42,918 nucleotides of DNA from a virus (IMGVR_UViG_3300034069_000749:1-42918); one strand, 5' to 3'. Shown: positions 1 through 6,570, counted from the stretch's first letter. Translations and numbers: made by a program. The notes: generated from the sequence alone by a model not told the origin.

Positions 1-95
1 CATTCGGTTGAGTACTTGAACCGCCACGTCGGGCACTGGTTCGCGGTTTGCTCATGTGGCTGGAAGACAAGTGACTTGGGTTCCTGGTCAGAGGC
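1..95. repeat. 95-nt terminal direct repeat, copy 1 (identical to 42824..42918); circular replicon written with an end overlap
   Basis: Bases 1-95 (cattcggttgagtacttgaacc...ggttcctggtcagaggc) recur exactly as the last 95 bases of the window. Confidence 0.95.
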
Positions 96-150
96 TCGGG
101 TGGTTGGCGTCAGCCATCAGATTCTTGGCACGAGCGGCCAGGCGTCGTGA
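1..150 (+). CDS. 3' part of a small wrap-around CDS (about 52 aa if started at ATG 42815); hypothetical CxCGW-motif protein
   Basis: Frame 1 is open from the window edge to TGA 148-150 (HSVEYLNRHVGHWFAVCSCGWKTSDLGSWSEARVVGVSHQILGTSGQAS*). The same frame runs from ATG 42815, preceded by GAGGG, in the other repeat copy. Confidence 0.45.
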   Translation, partial: HSVEYLNRHVGHWFAVCSCGWKTSDLGSWSEARVVGVSHQILGTSGQAS

Positions 151-285
151 CTCCTTCCCGATCCGGGGGCACCAACTAGCAACAACAAGAAGACGGCCGC
201 TCCCATGCACGGGAACGACCGTCAATCCCCTCCACTGAGCAAGCAGCGAAAGGAACACGCACCAATGTACCGCCCCGAAAGAAGA

Positions 286-317
286 CCGTTACCTGTCAAT
301 GGGGACAGGGCCAACGG
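286..317. promoter_or_regulatory. Imperfect inverted repeat upstream of the left small-gene operon (candidate operator)
   Basis: ccgtt-a-cctgtc aatgg ggacagg-gcc-aacgg; arms CCGTT/AACGG and CCTGTC/GACAGG, about 35 nt upstream of the AAGGAG RBS of the gene at 352. Confidence 0.3.
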
Positions 318-351
318 CAACGCACACCCCACCCACACGCAAGGAGACAGC

Positions 352-681
352 ATGACCGACCCGACGCCCGCCACGGTGGCTGTACCCGTGGAACTTATCC
401 GGCAAATGCTTGACAACGAAGACACGGACTTGACGGACGACGTTCACAACGCCTTCCGCGCCCTCCTCCCCAAGCCGACCCCGCGGCTCGTGGCGGTGGA
501 CCTAGACAAGCTGTTTACCGAGCGGTCTTTCGGTGTGCCTGTTGTGACGCTAGATCTGCTGTCAGACCAACCCGACCTGCTGACCCTGCTTCAAGGGGTA
601 ATGGTGCGGGTGCAGTTGAACTCAAATCAGCGGTCTGCTGTGCTGATTGCTCTGAAGCACGATCTGGGGGTGACCGAATGA
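352..681 (+). CDS. Hypothetical protein P1 (paralog of 41901..42200)
   Basis: ATG 352 preceded by caAGGAGacagc. Stop overlaps the next start (ATGA). Shares ATVxVPVxLxR, PDLLTLLxGV and LGV(T/D)(E/Q)-end motifs with the reverse-strand ORF 41901-42200. Confidence 0.75.
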   Translation: MTDPTPATVAVPVELIRQMLDNEDTDLTDDVHNAFRALLPKPTPRLVAVDLDKLFTERSFGVPVVTLDLLSDQPDLLTLLQGVMVRVQLNSNQRSAVLIALKHDLGVTE

Positions 682-917
682 CTGACCTCACCGCCGCTCA
701 GATGACCGAGCGGCTTCGCACGTTTCGGAAGCACTACAGCCCGATAGCTCTGTACGTGCTGATGGACGATGTTGCCGATCTCATCGAGCAGCAGGCCGAG
801 CAGATCGCGGAGCTGACAGCAGAAGTAGCGACTGCTTGGGATGAAGGCTACGACGCTGGTAGCGGTGGCGATTATCACGATTTGGGCTACAACCCGTACA
901 GAGTGGAACACAAATGA
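678..917 (+). CDS. Hypothetical protein P2a (N-terminal and AWDEG/NPYR similarity to 41491..41904)
   Basis: ATGA start/stop coupling at both ends. MTD..., ADLIEQQAEQ, AWDEGY and NPYR motifs are shared with the reverse-strand ORF 41491-41904. Confidence 0.7.
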   Translation: MTDLTAAQMTERLRTFRKHYSPIALYVLMDDVADLIEQQAEQIAELTAEVATAWDEGYDAGSGGDYHDLGYNPYRVEHK

Positions 918-1246
918 GGAATCAATTGCGCGAACAACTTGACGCTTTGTCGTTGTCGTGGGGCAATACCGAGGCCGGTTTCACAATTCGCCAAACCATA
1001 TCTGAAATTGACAAGGCCGAGTCGGAAGTGGCGGAACTGCTCGACCAGTTGGCCGCCGCCGAAGCGAAGATCGCGCAGGCACCACACGCTCCTGGGTGTC
1101 AGATCGCCGGTCTGTGGATACTTCCTGTGGGCGGCGGTTTCGCCAAGCAGCAGTCAGGAGAGTGCACCTGCTGGAAGTCCGCCTCGCCCGTGTCTGCTCT
1201 CGACGCCATGCGCGCCAACGCCGCGAAGGATTCCAACCATGAGTAG
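914..1246 (+). CDS. Hypothetical protein P2b (central similarity to 41491..41904)
   Basis: ATGA coupling. Contains LAAAEAKIAQA and PVSALDAMRA, as does 41491-41904. Carries the 37-nt tract identical to 41760-41796 (reverse complement). Confidence 0.65.
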   Translation: MRNQLREQLDALSLSWGNTEAGFTIRQTISEIDKAESEVAELLDQLAAAEAKIAQAPHAPGCQIAGLWILPVGGGFAKQQSGECTCWKSASPVSALDAMRANAAKDSNHE

Positions 1247-1568
1247 GGCAACTGACCTGTTCTCAGCTGAGCGTGAGCGTCAAGTAAGCCATGAGGGGTA
1301 CGACCCGAAGCATGACAGTGGGCACGAGGGGGAGCTAGCGCTTGCTGCTGAGTCCTATGCACTGGCCGCGGCAGACGATCTTGGGGCACTGAGGTACGTT
1401 GCGAACAACCCTAACTATCCGCCGTTCGAATGGCCCTGGCACGAGGATTACTGGAAACCGACCGGCGACGCGAAGCGCGACCTCATAAAGGCGGGCGCGC
1501 TGCTCGCCGCCGCGCTTGACTCGCTGCTCGATTCTGAAGAAGCCGCGCAGACGGGAGCGGGCGAATGA
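1239..1568 (+). CDS. Hypothetical protein; pattern ERERQxxxEGYDxKHD...ELAxAAxxYA...WPW...WKP is reminiscent of the DUF550 / dATP-dGTP diphosphohydrolase N-terminal-like family (from memory, unverified)
   Basis: ATG 1239 lies in the tail of ORF 939-1568 and overlaps the upstream stop by 8 nt. Codon usage looks coding. Ends AAQTGAGE* on the repeated junction cassette. Confidence 0.6.
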   Translation: MSRATDLFSAERERQVSHEGYDPKHDSGHEGELALAAESYALAAADDLGALRYVANNPNYPPFEWPWHEDYWKPTGDAKRDLIKAGALLAAALDSLLDSEEAAQTGAGE

Positions 1569-1750
1569 TGTTGAGTTACCGAGAGTTCCGCCGGCGGTAC
1601 TCGTATCAGACCGCCGTTCTGGGTGAGCAGAGTCTTCACGGTCGTTACATGCGCCACTGTGCGTACTGGCGCACAAAGATGAACTCACCACGGTATAAGT
1701 GCGCAGTCTTCTACACAGTGCAGACTGGAGCGACCGATGCCCACCAGTGA
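1565..1750 (+). CDS. Hypothetical 61-aa protein (possible duplication remnant)
   Basis: ATGA coupling with the upstream stop and a GGGAG SD 7 nt upstream. Ends QTGATDAHQ*, as 41491-41904 ends QTGATDGHQ*. The body is basic and atypical. Confidence 0.4.
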   Translation: MMLSYREFRRRYSYQTAVLGEQSLHGRYMRHCAYWRTKMNSPRYKCAVFYTVQTGATDAHQ

Positions 1751-1919
1751 CGACCTCGCGGACGCTCGGTGCACCCACGGAGCGTGGCACTGGGAGCAAG
1801 GCCTACTCGCGTGGCTGAAAGTGTGCGACGCCTGCGAAGCCGCCTTTGGTATTGGCGGAAAGGCATACGGCCTGTACCGCACAGAGCAGATCGGAAAGGG
1901 AATCGATGCCCAGTCCTGA
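1737..1919 (+). CDS. Hypothetical protein P3a (N-terminus MPTSDDLADA, Cys/His-rich)
   Basis: ATG 1737 lies 6 nt after GGAGCG and overlaps the upstream stop by 14 nt (ATGcccaccagTGA). The N-terminus is paralogous to those at 1906 and 41504. Confidence 0.6.
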   Translation: MPTSDDLADARCTHGAWHWEQGLLAWLKVCDACEAAFGIGGKAYGLYRTEQIGKGIDAQS

Positions 1920-2190
1920 CGAACTGGCGGACGCGCTTTTCGATCAGCCCTACCCACAGGAATTCAGGGGTGTGGGTCGCTTCATCCCAGGTAAGGGTCA
2001 ACGTCGCGTTGTCCGAATCAAGCTAATGAAGAAAGAGCTTCGCACTCTGGCTCGTGACGCGGCTAAGCAAGCGCTGCTCGACGCGGCAGAGGCGTTCATC
2101 CACCTGGAGTCATTCGATCCAGATGCCGAGGACCCTGTTGGCTTCCTCCATGCCCGCGCTGAGCAGATCGGCACTCGGGATGGCGACTAA
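1906..2190 (+). CDS. Hypothetical protein P3b (paralog of 41289..41504)
   Basis: ATGcccagtccTGA overlap with the upstream gene. MPSPDELADA..., LARDAAKQALLDAAEAFI and ARAEQIG match MATSDELADN..., LARDAAKHALLDAAEEAI and ARTGQIG. Confidence 0.7.
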   Translation: MPSPDELADALFDQPYPQEFRGVGRFIPGKGQRRVVRIKLMKKELRTLARDAAKQALLDAAEAFIHLESFDPDAEDPVGFLHARAEQIGTRDGD

Positions 2191-3397
2191 GACCCGAGGC
2201 AAGGGCGAGGGCAGCCTGTACAAGGATGCGCGCGGCCTGTGGACGGCGGTGATTGAGTTGCCGCCGCGTGATGGGAAACGGCGGCGGAAGACGATCCGGT
2301 CGCGGGATAAAGCGACGGTGATGGACAGGCTGCGGGAGACGCAACGTGAGCTCGCGGAACGTGGTGACCTGCCGACCGCGGATCAGACTGTCGCGCAATG
2401 GTTCGGCTACTGGTACAGCCAAATCGTGTTGAAGGAGGTGCGCCCGAAGACTGCCGGCGGGTACAGGTCGATCATCGACCGGCATGTCATCCCCGAGATC
2501 GGCACACTCCGCCTCGCACGTGTCACGCCGACGTCTATCCGCCGCGTCACCGATCGAATCATCAACAACGGCGGGGCAGCATCATCCGCACTCAAAGCAC
2601 ACCAGGTCATGTCCTCCGCATTCGAGGCAGCACTCCGCGAAGGACGCATCAGCCGCAACCCCTGCAAGTTGATGGCCGCACCACGCAAGAACGTCACCAA
2701 ACTCGAAACACTCACCCGCACCGAAGCAAAACAGATCATCGACTACGTCGCAGCCGACCGCGAATACGGGGCACGCTGGGCAATGGCGCTCCTCACGGGG
2801 GCACGACGAGGTGAGATCCTCGGCCTCGAACGGGACCGCATCACCGACGTCATCGACCTGTCCTGGCAGTTGCAGCGCCTCTCAGTCGGGCAACGGACCA
2901 GCACCGGCAAGATCGGTGAACCCGTCGTCCCAAACGACTACGAATACCGGCACCTTTACGGCGGCTACTACCTCACCCGCCCCAAATCGCGTGCAGGGTG
3001 GCGCATCATCCCACTCGTCGAACCCCTCAAAAGCATCCTTGAGCTGCACATGGATGCCAACCCTGACGGACAATTCGGGCTCGTCTTCACCCGCAACCAA
3101 CGCCCCGTCGACCCCGACTACGACTCCAAACTGTGGACCCGCGTACTCGCAGCATCCGGCATCCAAAAACACGTCCGCCTCCACGACCTCCGACACACAG
3201 CCGTCGACCTCCTCTACGCAGCCGGACTCCCAGAAGAAACCATCATCCGCATCGTCGGACACTCAGCCGTGTCCATGACCCGCGCTTACGCATCTCGAGA
3301 CATCGACCGGTTGCGCGCTGGCATGGAAAAGTTCAGCGACTACTTCACCCGACCAGACGATTCACGTTCAGGAACACCCGAAGCAATCTCTGGCTGA
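2180..3397 (+). CDS. int: Tyrosine integrase (site-specific recombinase, phage integrase family)
   Basis: MATKTRGKGEGSLYKDARGLWTAVIELP N-terminus typical of actinophage Int. Catalytic signature: ARRGEILGL (Arg), HDLRHTAVD (H-x-x-R), GHS (His), Tyr in TRAYAS. Confidence 0.92.
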   Translation: MATKTRGKGEGSLYKDARGLWTAVIELPPRDGKRRRKTIRSRDKATVMDRLRETQRELAERGDLPTADQTVAQWFGYWYSQIVLKEVRPKTAGGYRSIIDRHVIPEIGTLRLARVTPTSIRRVTDRIINNGGAASSALKAHQVMSSAFEAALREGRISRNPCKLMAAPRKNVTKLETLTRTEAKQIIDYVAADREYGARWAMALLTGARRGEILGLERDRITDVIDLSWQLQRLSVGQRTSTGKIGEPVVPNDYEYRHLYGGYYLTRPKSRAGWRIIPLVEPLKSILELHMDANPDGQFGLVFTRNQRPVDPDYDSKLWTRVLAASGIQKHVRLHDLRHTAVDLLYAAGLPEETIIRIVGHSAVSMTRAYASRDIDRLRAGMEKFSDYFTRPDDSRSGTPEAISG

Positions 3398-3713
3398 CAC
3401 CCAACTCATTCGCCAACCTCGGCGCATCAGGCACCCACTCCATCAACCGCCGGCATTCATCCAGGTCGATCAGGTTTGCACTTGCGAGCCGATCAGCCTG
3501 GACTTCCGCTTTCGGTGACGACGTGCGATGCCCCAACGCTGCATGCGCCAACTCGTGCGCCAACGTCGACCGGTCATGCACCGCACGCAAACCCGTGCGA
3601 ATCACAATCAGGTTCCGGTCCGGGATCCAAAACCCGTTCGCTGTTCTAATCGGTCGGTGAATAACCTCGATGCCCTGGTTAGTGGCGTCCTGGTACGGGT
3701 CGTACTCCCCCAC
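3345..3713 (-). CDS. ImmA/IrrE-family zinc metallopeptidase (anti-repressor protease)
   Basis: HELAHAALGH (HExxH) motif. GTG start 18 nt downstream of the repressor stop with a GAGGA SD, matching immR-immA type operon order. The 3' end overlaps the int 3' end convergently. Confidence 0.85.
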   Translation of the reverse strand: MGEYDPYQDATNQGIEVIHRPIRTANGFWIPDRNLIVIRTGLRAVHDRSTLAHELAHAALGHRTSSPKAEVQADRLASANLIDLDECRRLMEWVPDAPRLANELGVSQRLLRVFLNVNRLVG

Positions 3714-3731
3714 GGTCTGATCCTCAGTGGT

Positions 3732-4241
3732 TTAGGAATCCCCATCCTCATCGAAGGCGGATTCCGGGGTGATCTCAGATGCAGCTTTGTCTTCGTTCCC
3801 AGCGTCGATTTGCTCTGCAGTGAGTTGGTCGTTTCGGCTGTGAAGCCGTGTCACGTTTGTAGCCGCTGCCTCCGACATTGCGGTCGTATTAGCCGCAAGT
3901 CGAGCGTTTGAATCTTCAATGAGGACGTTCAATCCACCCATTCGATTGACCGCTTTCCGGGTCAAGTCGTCCGGGTCGACTTCCAGAGCGTGCGCTATCA
4001 AGCCGAGCTGCGTGATGTTGATGTCTCGTTCACCCCGAAGTATTCGGTCCATCGTCATCTTTGGCATGCCCGAAAGCTCGGCGAGGCGTGCGGAAGACAT
4101 CCGCGGACTCTTCGCCCCTTTCTCTGCCCGAATTTCGGCAGCCAGGGCGGCGTTCATAGGTGAGTTCTTCGTATCCACTTGGACGACTTTATCTCCATAT
4201 GGCGTCGAAGTGGAACTATTTGGGCCAGAAGCCTTGCGCAT
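3732..4241 (-). CDS. XRE/CI-type HTH repressor
   Basis: HTH_XRE signature SSARLAELSGMPKMTMDRILRGERDINITQLGLIAHALEV. Divergent from the Cro-like gene. An alternative start at M29 (4157) cannot be excluded. Confidence 0.85.
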   Translation of the reverse strand: MRKASGPNSSTSTPYGDKVVQVDTKNSPMNAALAAEIRAEKGAKSPRMSSARLAELSGMPKMTMDRILRGERDINITQLGLIAHALEVDPDDLTRKAVNRMGGLNVLIEDSNARLAANTTAMSEAAATNVTRLHSRNDQLTAEQIDAGNEDKAASEITPESAFDEDGDS

Positions 4242-4269
4242 GGTCCAAACAGACTATAAAGTAGTCCAC
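4242..4269. promoter_or_regulatory. 28-bp divergent switch region with overlapping -10-like hexamers and a short palindrome
   Basis: ggtccaaacagACTATAaagtagtccac. TATAGT on the minus strand (4253-4258) overlaps TAAAGT on the plus strand (4257-4262, 7 nt before ATG 4270). Palindrome GACTA-taaag-TAGTC. Confidence 0.5.
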
Positions 4270-4491
4270 ATGGAAAGAAGAAGCCTGGCGCTTACGGTCA
4301 CGGAAAACGTGGCCGCAGCCATTGAGCGTTCCAACGAGACGCTCATCACCATCTCCCAAGCCACCGACATCCCTGTTTCAGGACTTCGCGAACGACTCGC
4401 CAATCGAGTCGAATTCACGATGTCCGAGATTGGACGTGTCGGTGGCTTTTTCCGTATCCACCCCGCTGACCTTTTGGAGAGTGCGAAGTGA
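4270..4491 (+). CDS. Cro-like HTH DNA-binding protein
   Basis: ATG 4270 has no SD and a -10-like hexamer 7 nt upstream (leaderless type). HTH segment TISQATDIPVSGLRERL. Divergent from the repressor. Confidence 0.7.
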   Translation: MERRSLALTVTENVAAAIERSNETLITISQATDIPVSGLRERLANRVEFTMSEIGRVGGFFRIHPADLLESAK

Positions 4492-4685
4492 CCAACCTCG
4501 AGGACACGAAAGAAGACGTTCTGGTCTACTCCGTCTCGTCACTGGCGGCGAAGATCAATAAAAGCCCCCAGTTCGTTCGCAATGCGATCAACTCCGGCCG
4601 CCTCGCCGCAAAGAAAGAAGGGCGCGCCATCTTCATCAAGCCGATCGAAGCCAGACGGTGGATCGACGAAATGCAGGACGCGTGA
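4488..4685 (+). CDS. HTH_17 (excisionase/MerR-like) DNA-binding protein
   Basis: GTGA coupling. VYSVSSLAAKINKSPQFVRNAINSGRLAAKKEGRAIFIKPIEARRWIDEM fits the excisionase-family HTH pattern. Confidence 0.7.
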   Translation: MTNLEDTKEDVLVYSVSSLAAKINKSPQFVRNAINSGRLAAKKEGRAIFIKPIEARRWIDEMQDA

Positions 4686-4686
4686 C

Positions 4687-5103
4687 GTGAACCTCTACGA
4701 ATTGGTTCGCGAAGACCAAGCAGGTTGCTGGGTTTGGTTGGGCGCTGTGTACCCATCAGGCTATGCCCGCCTGGGCCAGAAATATGGTCATCGGGTCGTG
4801 TGGGAATCATTTGGGAATCATTCGACTCCTGGGACGCATCTAGACCACCTGTGCCGCAACAGGGCATGTGTAAACCCCGGCCACCTCGAAGAGGTATCGC
4901 CACGAGTAAACATCCTTCGCGGAGTTGGCTGCTTCGCGGAAAATGCTCGCAAAACACACTGCGTCAACGGACACGCATTCGATGTGGAAAACACTCGAAT
5001 CCGGTGGCGTCGTGGAAACCCAACCCGGTGCTGTATCCAATGTGACCGCGCGCGTAATCGGCTTTGGTACCAGCGCCACCAGAAACAGCCCACCGCCGTA
5101 TAA
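4687..5103 (+). CDS. HNH endonuclease (HNH_3 type)
   Basis: CWVWLGAV..GYARL, then HRVVWE...HLDHLCRNRACVNPGHLEEVS..N. GTG start right after the upstream stop. Confidence 0.85.
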   Translation: MNLYELVREDQAGCWVWLGAVYPSGYARLGQKYGHRVVWESFGNHSTPGTHLDHLCRNRACVNPGHLEEVSPRVNILRGVGCFAENARKTHCVNGHAFDVENTRIRWRRGNPTRCCIQCDRARNRLWYQRHQKQPTAV

Positions 5104-5127
5104 CCAGCGGCCCCACATTCTCGTCAA

Positions 5128-5152
5128 TCCCGCCCTTACGAGGCGGTGTTTG
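5128..5152 (+). terminator. Weak hairpin after the HNH gene (possible attenuator/terminator)
   Basis: ccgcc-cttacga-ggcgg followed by tgtttgg. Confidence 0.3.
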
Positions 5153-5542
5153 GCGCGCAATAAATCGCAGGCGACACCCGACTAACCACGGGCGCTCAAC
5201 CGGTCGCCGCGGTGCAACTCCACACAGTCACGGCCCCAAGTCATGGAGGGCTGAGCAGGTCAAGCGGCCCCCTATGGAACGGACAACCCGCACACCTGAG
5301 CACCACCTAAACATCCGTCTCGACGGGTACGCGCAAGTGAGGGGAAGCCTCAACGCGGCGAACAGAGACAAGGGCTCGTCGCTATCAAGCGCGGCGGGTT
5401 CACGGATAGGGGATACGCCCCCAACTCCCCGGCTTGCGGCCCAATTTTACCGCTTAAGTGCCGGTCTTATGAATCGCGTAGAACCTGCTGAACCTCGCTG
5501 GCCTGGTGGAAACCCAAGGGTCAGGCAACGAGTGGATGCAGA

Positions 5543-5591
5543 GCCCCCGAGTCATTCGGTGATCGTCCACGTTCAAGGCGTGGCGGGGGCA
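5543..5591 (+). ncRNA. tRNA-like minihelix (7-bp acceptor-like stem plus 5-bp T-arm-like stem-loop) in a long non-coding leader
   Basis: gcccccg (5543-49) pairs with cgggggc (5584-90). ccacg-ttcaagg-cgtgg (5567-83) abuts the 3' strand as in a tRNA. Only 17 nt replace the D and anticodon arms. No CCA. Confidence 0.3.
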
Positions 5592-5624
5592 CGCATCACA
5601 CCCACCCATCCAAAGGAGAACCAC

Positions 5625-5771
5625 ATGTATTACAAGTTCCGAGTTATCGAGCGGTACCCAGACGGCACCAAATGGACGCATTACTTCGAAACAAAAACCG
5701 CCGCTCAGACAGCCATCGACGATTTGAGCAGACCCGACAAGCGCCGCACCTACGAACTCATCGAATCCTAA
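5625..5771 (+). CDS. Hypothetical 48-aa protein
   Basis: ATG 5625 preceded by AAGGAG. MYYKFRVIERYPDGTKWTHYFETKTAAQTAIDDL looks like a compact folded domain. Confidence 0.7.
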   Translation: MYYKFRVIERYPDGTKWTHYFETKTAAQTAIDDLSRPDKRRTYELIES

Positions 5772-6046
5772 TGACCGCGAACTGGAAGGCGCGTTGGGAA
5801 AAGCAACGCCTTGCGCTCGCTGACTCGCGTCGTGAAGCGCTCCTGCTGAGGGCGGCGCTCAACGAACTATCGGCCGACCTCGAGTGCATTTTGAACGATG
5901 CCGCTCAGGTGGGGCACGAAATGGCGAAATCTCATGCCATCCGAACCCAGATGGCGACTATCCGTTCGATGCGCCGGCAAATCCAGGCGGCCCCATTGGG
6001 GGCAACCACCTATGTGCCACAGAGCGCAAAAAAGCCGGTGCTGTGA
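5771..6046 (+). CDS. Hypothetical coiled-coil protein
   Basis: TAATG overlap with the upstream gene; tail of ORF 5672-6046. Confidence 0.65.
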   Translation: MTANWKARWEKQRLALADSRREALLLRAALNELSADLECILNDAAQVGHEMAKSHAIRTQMATIRSMRRQIQAAPLGATTYVPQSAKKPVL

Positions 6047-6079
6047 ACACCGGCGCAATCAACCAAGGAGGAACCCGAA

Positions 6080-6397
6080 TTGACCAACGCAAGCGTACCA
6101 AGCGCAAGATCCACCGACCCTGAAACCAGCCACGAAGCTGCGGACTCGGTCTGGAATCCATCAGCCGTCCAAGCAGTCGTGTTCCGCATCATCGAAGAAC
6201 GCGGCCCCATCAGCGACACCGAGTTGATCTGGCACTACGGGCACGAAGCAGCCCGCCAGAAAATCTACCTCCCCACCGACCAGTCCATCCGCTCACGCCG
6301 TGCGGAACTCGTCAACGCCGGCCAGGTCGAATTCAGCGGCTTCTACGGGCTCACACCCAACGGACGGCGCACACGCAAATGGTGGGTCGCCTCGTGA
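6080..6397 (+). CDS. Winged-helix DNA-binding protein
   Basis: TTG start 11 nt after AAGGAGG. AVVFRIIEERGPISDTELIWHY...IRSRRAELVNAGQV is a MarR-like winged-helix pattern common in actinophages. Confidence 0.7.
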   Translation: MTNASVPSARSTDPETSHEAADSVWNPSAVQAVVFRIIEERGPISDTELIWHYGHEAARQKIYLPTDQSIRSRRAELVNAGQVEFSGFYGLTPNGRRTRKWWVAS

Positions 6398-6570
6398 ACA
6401 CGCTCCGACAGAAGCGCAAGGCGCAAATCGAGGAACAACTGCGAAGGCGAGCGTTGAACGCCGGCCACGCGTCCTACAAACAGCAAATCGACTCAGCCCA
6501 GGTTATTCGCACTCTGGAAGCGCGGATCGAAGAGCTCGAGGCAATTGTCTACTCGGAAGAGCTCGCATGA
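6394..6570 (+). CDS. Hypothetical coiled-coil protein
   Basis: GTGA coupling with the upstream stop; heptad-like RIEELEAIV. Confidence 0.55.
   Translation: MNTLRQKRKAQIEEQLRRRALNAGHASYKQQIDSAQVIRTLEARIEELEAIVYSEELA

Noticed and set aside
1-95. Terminal repeats as attL/attR, LTRs or transposon ends
   Set aside because: The repeat coincides exactly with both window ends, and a coding frame runs smoothly through it. The tRNA-derived att site is elsewhere (42587-42633). An assembly overlap of a circular molecule is the simplest reading, although a true short physical terminal repeat is not excluded.
56-238. 60-aa ORF at the left edge
   Set aside because: It is Arg-rich and off-frame relative to the wrap-around ORF, which has better protein character and an SD. 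It has no RBS.
3919-4269. 5' part of the 190-aa ORF 3919-4491
   Set aside because: It is antisense to the XRE repressor gene. Only the part from ATG 4270 (HTH-containing) is taken as the Cro-like gene.
5064-5624. Upstream extension of the 5625-5771 gene into a 235-aa ORF
   Set aside because: The extension has no RBS, overlaps the HNH gene end, is Arg/Pro/Gly-rich and has weak third-position GC bias in its second half. A strong AAGGAG lies directly before ATG 5625. A short protein starting at ATG 5274 cannot be fully excluded.
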